Below, piece after piece: positions 46,895 to 57,421 of a DNA stretch of 58,683 bases. Position 1 is the stretch's first letter. The number at the start of each line of letters is the position of its first letter. The translations under genes and the position numbers were made by a program. The DNA is taken from the NCBI GenBank assembly GCA_037442485.1, contig JBBIQE010000005.1, forward strand, positions 1 through 58,683, in the 5' to 3' direction. The notes below the pieces were generated by a model. The model searched no databases. It was not told where the DNA came from and saw only the letters and a program-made list of their open reading frames with translations. Origin of the DNA: Candidatus Methylomirabilis sp. (GTDB lineage Bacteria; Methylomirabilota; Methylomirabilia; Methylomirabilales; 2-02-FULL-66-22).

Positions 46895-48034
46895 CTACGG
46901 GATCAGCTCTTTGGCGTGCCCTTTGATGTAGTCGATCATGTCCTTGCGGATCCGCTCCCGCGGAATCGCCGTCTTGGTCAGGACGTCCAGCTTGGGGATG
47001 ATCTCCCACACGATGCCGGGGATCTGATCGGTGATCTCTGTCCCCGGGTACTGCCACATGGTGGTGATCAGGCGGATCTGCTGGTCATCGGAGAGGAGGT
47101 AGTTGACGACCTTGAAGGCCACCTCCTTGTACTCCGGGGGGATGTTGGCGGGGACGGCCAGGTAGGCCGTGGCGATCTCGTCGGCGCCCTCCTCGGGATA
47201 CACCGCCTTGATGGTCGGCGGCATGGTCCCCTGGCGGGCCGACCAGAGGGAGTAGTCCTGGGCGTACAGGGAGAGCCAGGTGTCCCCCGCGTTGAAATCC
47301 TCGAACATGTTGGGGGGCTCGGCCGGCAGGGGCAGCTTGGCGTACTTGGTGAAGTCGATGAGCTTGGCCCAGGCGTCCTTGAAGGCGGGGTCCTTCTCGA
47401 GCTGGGCGATGGGCTGGGTCATCTTCTCCTTCAGGAAGGCGTGCAGGAACACCAGACGCTGCCGCCAGGCGGAGCTGGACTTGGCATCGGGCCGGATCAG
47501 GCCGATGTGGCCCTTGAATTCCGCGCGGCGGTCGTAGAACTCCTTCCACGACTTGGGCGGGGTCTTGATGTACTGGCTGTTGTAGATCAGGGCGTAGGAG
47601 GTGCGCCAGTACAGCGCTCCTTTCCCCTGCAGATCCACACCCTCATCGCTCTTGAGGTAGCGCGGGTCAACCTTGGCCAGGTTGGGGACATGGGCCGTGG
47701 AGAGGGTTTCCAGGGGAACGCCCGACTTCACCCAGGTCGCCATGGACTTGGGGAACAGGATGTGGACGTCGCCCTGGCCCGGCTTCCAGGCCTTGGTCTT
47801 CTGGATCTGCTCGGCGTCGCTGGTGACCAGGTACTTCAGGCTCACGCCGAGGGACTGCCTGACGGCCGGGATCACGTACTTCTGCCAGTAGGCCTGGAAG
47901 TTGGCCCCCGACTGGCTGTCCGCCATGACCAGTTCGGTCGGGGCCCCGGCCGTGGTCGGGGCAGGGCTCGCCAGCGGGACGAGCGCCAGGCCGAGGATCG
48001 CGAGAATCGTGGCTGGCCGCATGCGACTTTTCAT
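46895..48034 (-). CDS. extracellular solute-binding protein (family 1, PotD/iron-type)
   Basis: Signal peptide [22 protein letters not shown]. It is the first gene of the permease/ATPase set. Size and pattern fit a periplasmic binding protein. Confidence 0.8.
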   Translation of the reverse strand: MKSRMRPATILAILGLALVPLASPAPTTAGAPTELVMADSQSGANFQAYWQKYVIPAVRQSLGVSLKYLVTSDAEQIQKTKAWKPGQGDVHILFPKSMATWVKSGVPLETLSTAHVPNLAKVDPRYLKSDEGVDLQGKGALYWRTSYALIYNSQYIKTPPKSWKEFYDRRAEFKGHIGLIRPDAKSSSAWRQRLVFLHAFLKEKMTQPIAQLEKDPAFKDAWAKLIDFTKYAKLPLPAEPPNMFEDFNAGDTWLSLYAQDYSLWSARQGTMPPTIKAVYPEEGADEIATAYLAVPANIPPEYKEVAFKVVNYLLSDDQQIRLITTMWQYPGTEITDQIPGIVWEIIPKLDVLTKTAIPRERIRKDMIDYIKGHAKELIP

Positions 48035-48243
48035 GGTCTACCCCCTTCCCCCTCTCGAAAGGAAGAACCCTGCGGTTCCATGGGATGCCGCCCGTGCGGG
48101 GCCTCCTGCGCGGTTCGTGACCACCCCCCTTCGCAAACCGTAGGACCCTGTCGGGCCAGGTCCCTTCACTCATACCAGATATTCTCGGAGAATGCCATGC
48201 TGTTTCGCCCACCCCCCGGGGCCTCCGGCCCCGCTCCCGCGGC

Positions 48244-49409
<1,166 letters not shown>

Positions 49410-49410
<1 letters not shown>

Positions 49411-50207
49411 CAGGACCTCCGGGATGCCGCCCTGACGGGCTGGCGGTTCAGGGCCGTGATCAGATGGCGATGAATGCGGCCGTTACTGGCGAGGATGGTC
49501 GGCTGCTCCAGGGCGAAGGGGCGGCCCGCGCCGTCCGTGACGCGCCCGCCTGCTTCCCGCACCAGGAGGGCCCCCGCGGCCACGTCCCAGGGACGGGCGC
49601 TCTGCTCCCAGTAGGCGTCCAGCCGCCCGGCCGCGACGTAGGCCAACGAGAAGCCGGCGCCGAAGATGCGGACGTTCCGCACCCGGAGGGCCAGCCGGGC
49701 GATCCGCTCGCGTAAGGGCCGGTCGCGCCAGACCGAGTCGTCCTGCCAGAGGGCGACCACACACTCGATGAGGCGCCGCCTGGCCGATACCCGGATCCGG
49801 CGGCCGTTCAGCCAGGCCCCCCGCCCCCGCTCTGCCACGAACAGCTCTCCCAGCCGGGGCAGCAGGATCACGCCCGCCTCTACGCGCCCCTGCCGCTCCA
49901 GGGCGATGGAGACGGCGAAGCAGGGCAGGCCGCTCAGGAAGGCGAGCGTGCCGTCCAGCGGATCCGCGATCCAACGGCCATCCGGCCCGTCGGCGCTGCT
50001 GCCCTCCTCGCCGACAAATCCGATGCGCGGGAAGCGGCGCGCCAGGGTGACGCGAATGCAGCGCTCCGCGGCCACGTCCGTCCTCGTGACGGGGTCCTTT
50101 ACCCCCTTGAGGCGGACGGCCCGCACACGGCCGAAGTGGCGGAGGAGGATCTCACCCGCCGCCTCGGCCGCCTCGATGGCCGCCCGGGTCTCGGACCAAA
50201 ACCTCAT
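49410..50207 (-). CDS. inositol monophosphatase-family protein
   Basis: IADPLDGTLAFL and RPWDVAAGALLVREAGG are canonical IMPase motifs. ATG 50207; the ORF-track start at 50213 is a TTG. Confidence 0.85.
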
Positions 50208-50209
50208 TT

Positions 50210-50381
50210 GCAAACGTTCAGCCCGTCCATGCTGCCGAGTTGGCCTCTTCCTGCGTCTTCATTCCGGCAGAAGCCGGAATCCAGGGCGCCGGAATTTCTC
50301 GACCCCGGCGCCTGCCCCGGACTCCGATCCGGGGTTCGCCGGAGTGACAACGTGGGATGCGGCCCGAGTCTGAACGTTTAC
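50210..50381. mobile_element. MITE-like palindromic element with an 8-bp target-site duplication
   Basis: The terminal inverted repeats are GCAAACGTTCAG and CTGAACGTTTAC (11 of 12 positions). They are flanked by direct CCTCATTT at 50202-50209 and 50382-50389. There are three internal stem-loops: ATTCCGGC/GCCGGAAT, GCGCCGG/CCGGCGC and CCCCGG/CCGGGG. Confidence 0.6.
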
Positions 50382-50383
50382 CC

Positions 50384-51463
50384 TCATTTCAGCGGCCGCT
50401 TGATGGCCTTGAAGATCTGGTGGAGCAGGGCGATGTCGCCCCGGGCTTCTTCCGGCGTCGTGATGGGGGGTTTCCCTTGCTGCACGCACGCGGCAAAGTG
50501 CAGCAGCTCCTCCTTGAACGCCTCCTGCATGGAGGCGATGACCCGCTTCTCGAAGGGCTTGCCATCCTCCATCCCTTCCACGATGACGGGCGTGGGCATG
50601 TTGCGGAAGAACGGGGAGGGGAAGACCAGCCGGACCCGGTCGGCCTTGCCGTAGTAGGCGACGGTCTCCTCGTAGTGGGCCAGGTCCCAGAGGTAGTGCA
50701 GGCTGATGACGGCCCGGACGCCGGAGGCGTAGCGCAGGCAGGTCATCAGACTGTCGCCCCCGGCCCAGACGTCGGTGTAGAGCACCTCGGCGGGATCCCC
50801 CGAGAGCCCCCGCAGGAGGTTGATGTCGTGGACCAGGGTGGACAGGAGATTCTCGGCGAATACGCGGCGCTCGAGCGGGGTAAACTCGCCGATCGCCTCC
50901 CGGATGAGCTGATCCTGCTCGGCCCGGAGCGTGGCCCGAGCTGCCTCGGGGACGTCCGGGAAGCGGCGGACGTCGTGGTGGCCGATCTGGTTCGCCTCGG
51001 AGGGGTGCAGGACGGTGATGTGGATCGCCTGGAGATCCTTCATCTTCTGGATGATCGGCTGGGCATAGCGGAAGCCGGGATCGTACCGCTTCATGTAGGT
51101 CACCATGCACACGGTCCCGGCCCGCTGGTGGGCGGCCAGGATCTCGTCCGCCTCCCGAAGCGTGTAGCACATCGGCTTCTCGGTGAAGACGTGCTTCCCC
51201 GCCTTGAGGGCGTCCAGGATGACCTTCCCGTGGGAGTCGGCGGAGAGGACCACCACCACGTCCAGCGACTCCTTCAGCAGGTCGCGGTAGTCCGTGAACC
51301 GCTGGCTCACCCCGTAGTAGTCGCCCACGTACTTCAAGGTTCCTGGCGACACGTCGCAGAGCGCCACGACCTCGAACAACTCGTGCAGCTCCCTCAGGTG
51401 GGGCAGGTGCATGACCTGGGCGATCAATCCGCATCCGATGACTCCGACTCGCATGCGACTCAT
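50384..51463 (-). CDS. Gfo/Idh/MocA-family oxidoreductase
   Basis: MRVGVIGCGLIAQVMHLPHL...HVFTEKPM is a Rossmann plus EKP motif. Confidence 0.9.
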   Translation of the reverse strand: MSRMRVGVIGCGLIAQVMHLPHLRELHELFEVVALCDVSPGTLKYVGDYYGVSQRFTDYRDLLKESLDVVVVLSADSHGKVILDALKAGKHVFTEKPMCYTLREADEILAAHQRAGTVCMVTYMKRYDPGFRYAQPIIQKMKDLQAIHITVLHPSEANQIGHHDVRRFPDVPEAARATLRAEQDQLIREAIGEFTPLERRVFAENLLSTLVHDINLLRGLSGDPAEVLYTDVWAGGDSLMTCLRYASGVRAVISLHYLWDLAHYEETVAYYGKADRVRLVFPSPFFRNMPTPVIVEGMEDGKPFEKRVIASMQEAFKEELLHFAACVQQGKPPITTPEEARGDIALLHQIFKAIKRPLK

Positions 51464-51483
51464 GACGGTCTCCCTCTGGTGTT

Positions 51484-52350
51484 CTACTGCGGTTCAGGCG
51501 CTCCTGCCGGTTCCTGCGGCCAGTGTCGCCGCAGCGCCGTCAGCGACTCGCGGATGTAGCCGTCGAGGATCCCCGGAGATCGCTCGTCCTTGATCGCCCG
51601 GAAGGGATCCGGTCCGGGAGGCATGACCTCGACCACGATGGCGGCTGCATACCGGATCTCGCGGAGGGCCGTGGCGACCGCGACCAGATCCAGATGCCCT
51701 TTCCCCAGCGCCTGGCGGTTCGTGTCGGCCACGTGGACGTGGAAAAGGCGCGGGCCGGCGGCCCGGATGGATTTCGGGATGTCGGGCTCTTCGAGGTTGG
51801 CGTGGAACATGTCGAGCGTCACGCCGACCCACGGAGATGCGATGGCGTCCACATAGGCGATGGCCTCCTGGGCCGTCGTTACCAGGTAGGCCTCGTACCG
51901 GTTGAGGGGTTCGATGCTGATGCGAACCCTCTGCCGCTCGGCCTCCCGGGCGGCCTGGCGCATGGCCTCGACGGACCAGGCCCATTCCTCGGCCCGGGTG
52001 GCGATGGGCGCGAGCCGCGTCTCGCCCGAGGGGAGCATCTGGATCAGCGGGGCGCCAATCTCCGCCGCAAACCGGAGGCAGCTCACGACGTAGGCCACGG
52101 CATCCTTCCGGATGGCCGGATCGGGATGGGCCAGGTCGCGCCGCGTCTGCGGCACCATGCACGAAGCCGTGAGCGCGAGCGGGGCCAGGCCATGCCGGCC
52201 AAGGAGCCGCCGAAGCTCCCCGCGGGAGAACTGCTCCGGCTCCCCCGGCAGTTCCACTCCGTCGTAGCCTGCGGCGGCAATGCGGGCCACGGTCTGCTCC
52301 AGGGGGGCCTCTCCGTAGATCCAGGCGCAGACACCGAAACGCGGCATCAT
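51484..52350 (-). CDS. sugar phosphate isomerase/epimerase (TIM barrel)
   Basis: GYDGVEL...RISIEPLNRYE...TLDMFHANLEE...HVHVADTNR. ATG 52350 follows GGAGTGGAG. The ORF-track start at 52356 is a GTG. Confidence 0.85.
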   Translation of the reverse strand: MMPRFGVCAWIYGEAPLEQTVARIAAAGYDGVELPGEPEQFSRGELRRLLGRHGLAPLALTASCMVPQTRRDLAHPDPAIRKDAVAYVVSCLRFAAEIGAPLIQMLPSGETRLAPIATRAEEWAWSVEAMRQAAREAERQRVRISIEPLNRYEAYLVTTAQEAIAYVDAIASPWVGVTLDMFHANLEEPDIPKSIRAAGPRLFHVHVADTNRQALGKGHLDLVAVATALREIRYAAAIVVEVMPPGPDPFRAIKDERSPGILDGYIRESLTALRRHWPQEPAGAPEPQ

Positions 52351-52374
52351 CTCCACTCCGCCCGGGGGCGATGC

Positions 52375-52617
52375 TCAGTCGGCGGCGACCTCCGCGCCCA
52401 GGACGCGGCGGCGGCCCAGCCAGTGGGCGGGCAGGATACAGGCCGCCAGGACCAGGATCAGCAGCGTGGACAGGGCGGCCCCGCGTCCGATGGTCCCGTA
52501 CTCCGCCCACGAGAGGATGAGGACCGTCACCAGGTCGTGGCCCGGCGAGACCAGGAAGATGACCTGGCTCACGGCCGTCATGGCCCGGACGAAACTGTAG
52601 ATTTCGTAACGCGCTCA
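52375..52617 (-). pseudogene. 3' fragment of an ABC transporter permease gene
   Basis: ARYEIYSFVRAMTAVSQVIFLVSPGHDLVTVLILSWAEYGTIGRGAALSTLLILVLAA matches only the last two helices of iron/PotB-type permeases. The frame is closed by a stop at 52618-52620, exactly where base composition changes. Confidence 0.6.
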
Positions 52618-52637
52618 TCCTGCACTGCCCATTCTTC

Positions 52638-53066
52638 CTATTTCTTCTCGAGCCGATATGTTCCCGTGGAGCTACTCTTCTGGTATTTGTATTCGCCCTG
52701 CATTACTCTTCCACCCTCTTCCAGCCAGACGGTGTCCATTCTCTTGTCACCGGGGAAATCGTCGCCAGGAAAGATAGCCCGACCCCTTTGGTCAGCCCGG
52801 CCAACCGCTTGCCACTTGGAGGTCAACCGACCCACTTCATAAAAGGAACCTTTTAGTTGATTGGTGGCCGAGTCGAGTTCAATGACGACCCCTATCAATC
52901 CTGTGTTGCCCCTTGCGCTTCTCCAGGTTCCGGACCAATTACCCTCAAAGGCCCTCAGCTGTTCGATCTGGGCAGAAGGCCCCTGACCCAAGGCGGTCAC
53001 GGGTCCGATTACCAAAGAGCCAAAGGTCATTGTCAGGACGAGCAGAGGAAATGAGGTGTTCCGCAT
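52638..53066 (-). CDS. hypothetical secreted protein
   Basis: Signal peptide MRNTSFPLLVLTMTFGSLVIGPVTALG. Lower-GC codon usage. No family recognised. Confidence 0.5.
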   Translation of the reverse strand: MRNTSFPLLVLTMTFGSLVIGPVTALGQGPSAQIEQLRAFEGNWSGTWRSARGNTGLIGVVIELDSATNQLKGSFYEVGRLTSKWQAVGRADQRGRAIFPGDDFPGDKRMDTVWLEEGGRVMQGEYKYQKSSSTGTYRLEKK

Positions 53067-53256
53067 CTTTGTCCCCCCTTCGCTTGCCTAAATCTCAAAT
53101 GAGTTGGAGCGCGCTTCAGTCCGCCAAGTCAGAAATGCAATGTGATGAAATCTCGGCGAGACGCTGACATTAAATTCCAAAGTGGCCTACCGGTATGATC
53201 AAGGACCGCTCGCGCTGTGCCCACATCCGGGGGTATCAGTCCGAGCAATGATTTCA

Positions 53257-53902
53257 TCACCTCCCTCTGATTTTTGGTGGGGCGATTTCGGCAACGAATC
53301 CCACCTGGTCACCGATCCAGAGGATACGGGTCAGAGGATACGCCATCTTTGCCGATTGGAAGGGGGGCGTACCCCGCGTGTAGGTAAGGACCAGCTCAGG
53401 ACCGGTTACTCTATCGAGCAGATATCCACCCATCGGTTCGAGGCGTTCCGGAGCCCTGATGCCTGGTTGGACCTGGGCTTGACGGTGCTGGGGAAGCAGG
53501 GCAGGCCCCGGGACTTCCTCGGACCAGTAGGCGTCTGAGATCTCCCGCACCCAGAATTGAAAGTCGGCCTTCCAGCGGTCATCGCTCACCCGAATCATGT
53601 AGAAAAAAAGCGGCGGTGCGACCGCTTTCCAGATTCGTTCGGTTCAGAATCAGTCGCTCCGTCGTCAGATAAACCTTTATGATAGGCCAGCCGAGGGCTT
53701 TCTCTCGCTCATCCGGGCTCAGGGTGATAGGGTTCTTGGCGAAGAGAGGGGTTGCTCTGAGAAAATTGACCATTTCATCTTCGGCACCTCTCGCTACCTC
53801 GGCGTTGATCCCCTCTAGGGTCAGCAGAGAGAGAGCGGAGGTACGGCTTGCCAATCTAGGCAGAAAGGTGCGCTTCATCCTGAGACCCCCGATGATGTTC
53901 AT
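53257..53902 (-). pseudogene. hypothetical protein split by a frameshift at an A7 (T7 on the coding strand) tract
   Basis: ORFs 53579..53902 and 53257..53598 overlap. Removing one base of the run at 53603-53609 joins ...GRTAAFF to YMIRVSDDRWKADF... as one protein of about 215 aa. Confidence 0.4.
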
Positions 53903-53933
53903 TCCTGTTGGCTCGAAAAGGTCCCATGCTCAT

Positions 53934-54407
53934 TCACCGATCTTCGCTGACCTCTGGCCCGACGCCCAAATCCACCGGACTGGAAATCCGCCGTAGCCAG
54001 GGAACCCTATCGAAATCCGGATCCAGGCTAGCGATGTCCCTTATCCCATGTTCCCTTGCAAGAAGGGCGATAAGCGCATCATGGAAGTTCAGTTTCCCCC
54101 CAGAAACGGAGACCAAATCCAGCACGGCGGAGAACAACCGTTCGATCTCTCGGGAAACCCATACGGGAGGATGCCTCTCCACGAAGGCGCGATATCGGCT
54201 GAAGAGCAGCGTCCATTCGTCCTGCTTTCTCCGCTCCTCACAGCGCCGAGCCAGCACGGAGATTGTCTCATTGGCAACGCAGTCTAGAAAGAGGAGGGAA
54301 GCTTCGACTTGTTCCAGTGACTTCCAGAGCGCGAGTGCAACAGCCCGCTGGCTATCCCGCTCGTCGATTCTGGCAACGACAATGCTGGTATCGATAATGA
54401 TCCTCAT
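53934..54407 (-). CDS. PIN-domain toxin (VapC-like)
   Basis: MRIIIDTSIVV..., ...NFHDALIALLA..., ...SLDPDFD (PIN acidic residues). It overlaps the upstream small gene by 4 nt. Confidence 0.8.
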   Translation of the reverse strand: MRIIIDTSIVVARIDERDSQRAVALALWKSLEQVEASLLFLDCVANETISVLARRCEERRKQDEWTLLFSRYRAFVERHPPVWVSREIERLFSAVLDLVSVSGGKLNFHDALIALLAREHGIRDIASLDPDFDRVPWLRRISSPVDLGVGPEVSEDR

Positions 54408-54613
54408 TCATAGAGTCTCTCTGTGTCCTCGACCGCATCCCCCCCCCACGCGACGATGGCGTCCAGCTCGCGAAAAGCCGAGGCTGGAATGCCGACCCAA
54501 TCTTTCTCTTCCCCAGGAAACAGGACGTATGCCTCCGAACCCTCTGGAACTTGGGGATCTTCGGCGAACCGAACGACTCCCCTCTCATAGACACCCTTTA
54601 CTGCTTTCGCCAT
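54404..54613 (-). CDS. DUF104/AF2212-like antitoxin
   Basis: VKGVYERGVVRFAEDPQVPEGSEAYVLF fits the DUF104 pattern (..YenGv..l.e...lpEG..v.v). It lies upstream of, and overlaps, the PIN gene. Confidence 0.6.
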   Translation of the reverse strand: MAKAVKGVYERGVVRFAEDPQVPEGSEAYVLFPGEEKDWVGIPASAFRELDAIVAWGGDAVEDTERLYE

Positions 54614-54807
54614 CCCTGTTCCTCCCCCCTGTCATGACCAAATAGAGGTCGGTCTACGTTTCTCCCCTTGACCCATCAGGATCGCCATTTCAGTCAGAGC
54701 ACTTCGTAACACGCGCCACTTGCGAAGTCAACCCTCGCGAGGGGAACCAGGGCTCGCGCCCGGACCCTCGGGACTGTACGAACTGTAAAGCAGTTGCTGC
54801 CCGGGTA

Positions 54808-56118
54808 TCATCCGATCACCTGATCCAGATTCGCGAAGACCCGCTGGAACGCCTCCACGTAGTCGCGCATCAGCTCCATCGGCTGGGGGAACAGGGGATG
54901 CGAATGCGAGCCCACAACCAGCGAGTCATTGAGCAGCTTCAGCGTTTCAGGATACTCGGTGAGGTCGTACTTCACCTCCTCGCCCAGGGGGCATTGCCAG
55001 GGGCAGGCGAGGCCATAGCCCGTGCGTTCCTGGAACAGGGTCTGGCCCGGGACGGGCACGGTCTGCCACAGGCTCACCTCGACCCCCTCGGCCTTGAGCG
55101 CGGCCAGCACCTTGAGCCGGAACTCTCGCGCCGGCAGGGTGACGCCCGCGGCGCGGGGATCCAGCCGGATGCGGTACTGGTAGAAGCTGGACGTGCAATC
55201 GGGCGGGACGTAGGGCGGGGTGATGCCCGGGATCTTCGCGAGCTGCTCCGTGAGGTAGGCGGCGTTGCGCCGCGTGTTGGCCAGGGAGTCGTCGAGGCGC
55301 CGGAGCTGGCTGCGGCACAGGGCCGCGGTCAGTTCGTTCGTCCGGTACATCCACCCCATCATGAGCGAGTTGTACTCCCGCACCCCGTCCAGGGGCCGGG
55401 CGGGATCGAAGGCCCTCCGGTCGCTCTCGCGGATGTCCTCGCCGAACATGCGGAACATGTTCCCCCGGTCCCGAAGCTCCTCGCGGTTCGTCACGAAGAT
55501 CCCGCCTTCGCCGGCGGGCAGGTTCTTGCTGCCCTGGAAGGAGAAGCAGCCCATGTCCCCGATGCCGCCGACCTTCCTGCCCTTGTACGTCGAGCCGTGA
55601 GCCTGCGCCGCATCCTCGATCACCAGGAGGCCGTGCTTCCTGGCGATGGCCAGGATGGGGTCCATGTCGGCGGGCAGGCCATGGATGTGCACCGGGATGA
55701 TAGCCCGGGTCCGGGAGGTGATCCGTTCCTCGATCTTCGCCGGGTCCATGTTGTAGGTGCGGGGGTCGATGTCCACGAAGACGGGCACGGCGTTCTGCTG
55801 CAGCACCGCCAGGGCCGTGGCCAGGAAGGTGAAGGCCGTCGTGATGACCTGATCGCCGGTGCCGATGCCGCCGGCCGCCACCGCGGTGTGCAGCGCGGCC
55901 GTGCCGCTGTTGGTGCTGAGCGCGTACTTCACCCCGCAGTAGCGCGCCCATTCCTCCTCCAGGGCCTTGACCTGGGGGGCGTAGGGACCGTTGAGGATGC
56001 CGGAATCCAGGGCGGCGGCCACGGCGGCCTTGTCCTCCGGGGTGATGACGGGCCAGCGGACGTGCAGGGCCTTGCGAACGACCGGGGAACCGCCCCGGAG
56101 GGCCAGGGTGTCTTTCAT
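54808..56118 (-). CDS. DegT/DnrJ/EryC1/StrS-family PLP aminotransferase
   Basis: ALSTNSGTAALHTAV...IIPVHIHG...DAAQAHG...CFSFQGSKNLPAGEGG (PLP-lysine region). Confidence 0.9.
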   Translation of the reverse strand: MKDTLALRGGSPVVRKALHVRWPVITPEDKAAVAAALDSGILNGPYAPQVKALEEEWARYCGVKYALSTNSGTAALHTAVAAGGIGTGDQVITTAFTFLATALAVLQQNAVPVFVDIDPRTYNMDPAKIEERITSRTRAIIPVHIHGLPADMDPILAIARKHGLLVIEDAAQAHGSTYKGRKVGGIGDMGCFSFQGSKNLPAGEGGIFVTNREELRDRGNMFRMFGEDIRESDRRAFDPARPLDGVREYNSLMMGWMYRTNELTAALCRSQLRRLDDSLANTRRNAAYLTEQLAKIPGITPPYVPPDCTSSFYQYRIRLDPRAAGVTLPAREFRLKVLAALKAEGVEVSLWQTVPVPGQTLFQERTGYGLACPWQCPLGEEVKYDLTEYPETLKLLNDSLVVGSHSHPLFPQPMELMRDYVEAFQRVFANLDQVIG

Positions 56119-57224
56119 GGAGGACTCCTTCTGGTTGGACGTGATCGCCGCCCCAGGAGGCTGGGCCCGGCGCCGGCCCCGCCACCGGCGCCACAGGACG
56201 ACCGGATCAACAGGGTATGAGAGACGACGGTGGTCGTGAAGACGTGCCGCTCCCCCTGCTCCATCTGGGCGATGGCCCGACGCACGGCCAGGCGGCCCAT
56301 CTCCTCCTTGGGGACGGCGACGGTGCTGAGCGGCGGCGTGGTGTGGGCCGCGTACTCGATGTCATCGTAGCCGACGATGGCGATGTCCTCGGGCACCCGC
56401 AGGCCGTGGTCGTGAATGGCCCGCAGGGCCCCGATGGCCATGTCGTCGTTGGTGAAGACGGCCGAGGGCCGCTGGGCGGCCTTGAGGAGGGACTCGGCCG
56501 CCTCGTACCCGCCCTCGGGCCGGAAGGCCGCCTCGACCACCAGATCCTCCCGCAGCGGGAGGCCGGCCTCGCTGAGCGCGCGCCGGTAGCCGCTGGTGAG
56601 GGCCCGGGAGAAGGGGTGGCGGGCCGGACCGCGGATCAGCCCGATGCGCCGGTGGCCGAGCTTGATGAGATGGCGGGTGGCCTCGTACGCTCCCTCGGCA
56701 TCGTCGCAGACCACGGCGTCCACGCCCTTGAGCGGCGGCCGCATGTCCACCAGGACCAGGGAGAACCCGTTGCCGTGAAGCTGCCGCACGAACCGCGGGG
56801 CCACCTTTCCCACCAGGATGAGCCAGCGGGTCATCATGTCGCGGATCATCCGGGGATAGTCGGAGGGGTGTGCCGCATCGCCCAGGCCGTACCCCAAGAG
56901 GAGGTGGCAGTCGGAGCGGCGGGCCTCGTCGGCGATGCCCTGGATGATCCCGGCGAAGTAGCTGTGCGAGGTCACGACCTCGCGGCTGAAGATGGTGCCC
57001 ACGATCCGGTCGCCGCGCGGGCCGGGGGCCGTGCGGCTGACCAGGAGCTGGGCGGCCGGATTGGGGATGTAGCCCAGCCGGCGCACCGCCGCTTCCACCT
57101 TCCGACGGCTGGCGGCGCTCACGTCGGGGCGGTCCCGCACCACGCGCGAAACCGTCATGATGGAGAGTCCCGTGTGCCGTGCGATGTCGCGCAGCGTCAC
57201 CGAGGTCCGGACAAACTTGGGCAT
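56115..57224 (-). CDS. LacI-family transcriptional regulator
   Basis: N-terminal HTH TLRDIARHTGLSIMTVSRVV plus a periplasmic-binding-fold effector domain (AVFTNDDMAIGAL..IVGYDD). The stop overlaps the DegT ATG (ATGA). Confidence 0.9.
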   Translation of the reverse strand: MPKFVRTSVTLRDIARHTGLSIMTVSRVVRDRPDVSAASRRKVEAAVRRLGYIPNPAAQLLVSRTAPGPRGDRIVGTIFSREVVTSHSYFAGIIQGIADEARRSDCHLLLGYGLGDAAHPSDYPRMIRDMMTRWLILVGKVAPRFVRQLHGNGFSLVLVDMRPPLKGVDAVVCDDAEGAYEATRHLIKLGHRRIGLIRGPARHPFSRALTSGYRRALSEAGLPLREDLVVEAAFRPEGGYEAAESLLKAAQRPSAVFTNDDMAIGALRAIHDHGLRVPEDIAIVGYDDIEYAAHTTPPLSTVAVPKEEMGRLAVRRAIAQMEQGERHVFTTTVVSHTLLIRSSCGAGGGAGAGPSLLGRRSRPTRRSPP

Positions 57225-57239
57225 TCCTGCAGGAGTCGG

Positions 57240-57253
57240 TGTTAGCGTTAACG
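57240..57253. promoter_or_regulatory. possible LacI-type operator half-palindrome upstream of the regulator gene
   Basis: TGTTAGCGTTAACG has a central CG, and its core GTTAGCGTTAAC matches its own reverse complement at 10 of 12 positions. It lies 16 nt upstream of ATG 57224. The match to the TGNAANCGNTTNCA-type consensus is weak. Confidence 0.2.
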
Positions 57254-57421
57254 GTACGCTTTTACTCCAGGTCGGTCCCGGGCGTCAAGGAATTTCTCGG
57301 ACGTTCCCACCCACGAGGCTCTCTCAATTTCCCCTTGACTCTTGGCAACGCTTTGAACAACTTTGCGTGCGAGTGTCCCTCCTGCAATGCTCCCCATTTG
57401 TCAAGACACTTTTTCTGGGGG

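Noticed and set aside
48181-48193. ATTCTC-G-GAGAAT inverted repeat upstream of the solute-binding protein gene as an operator for the LacI regulator.
   Set aside because: It is short (6-bp arms), lacks the central CG-type LacI consensus, and occurs only once. It cannot be distinguished from chance.
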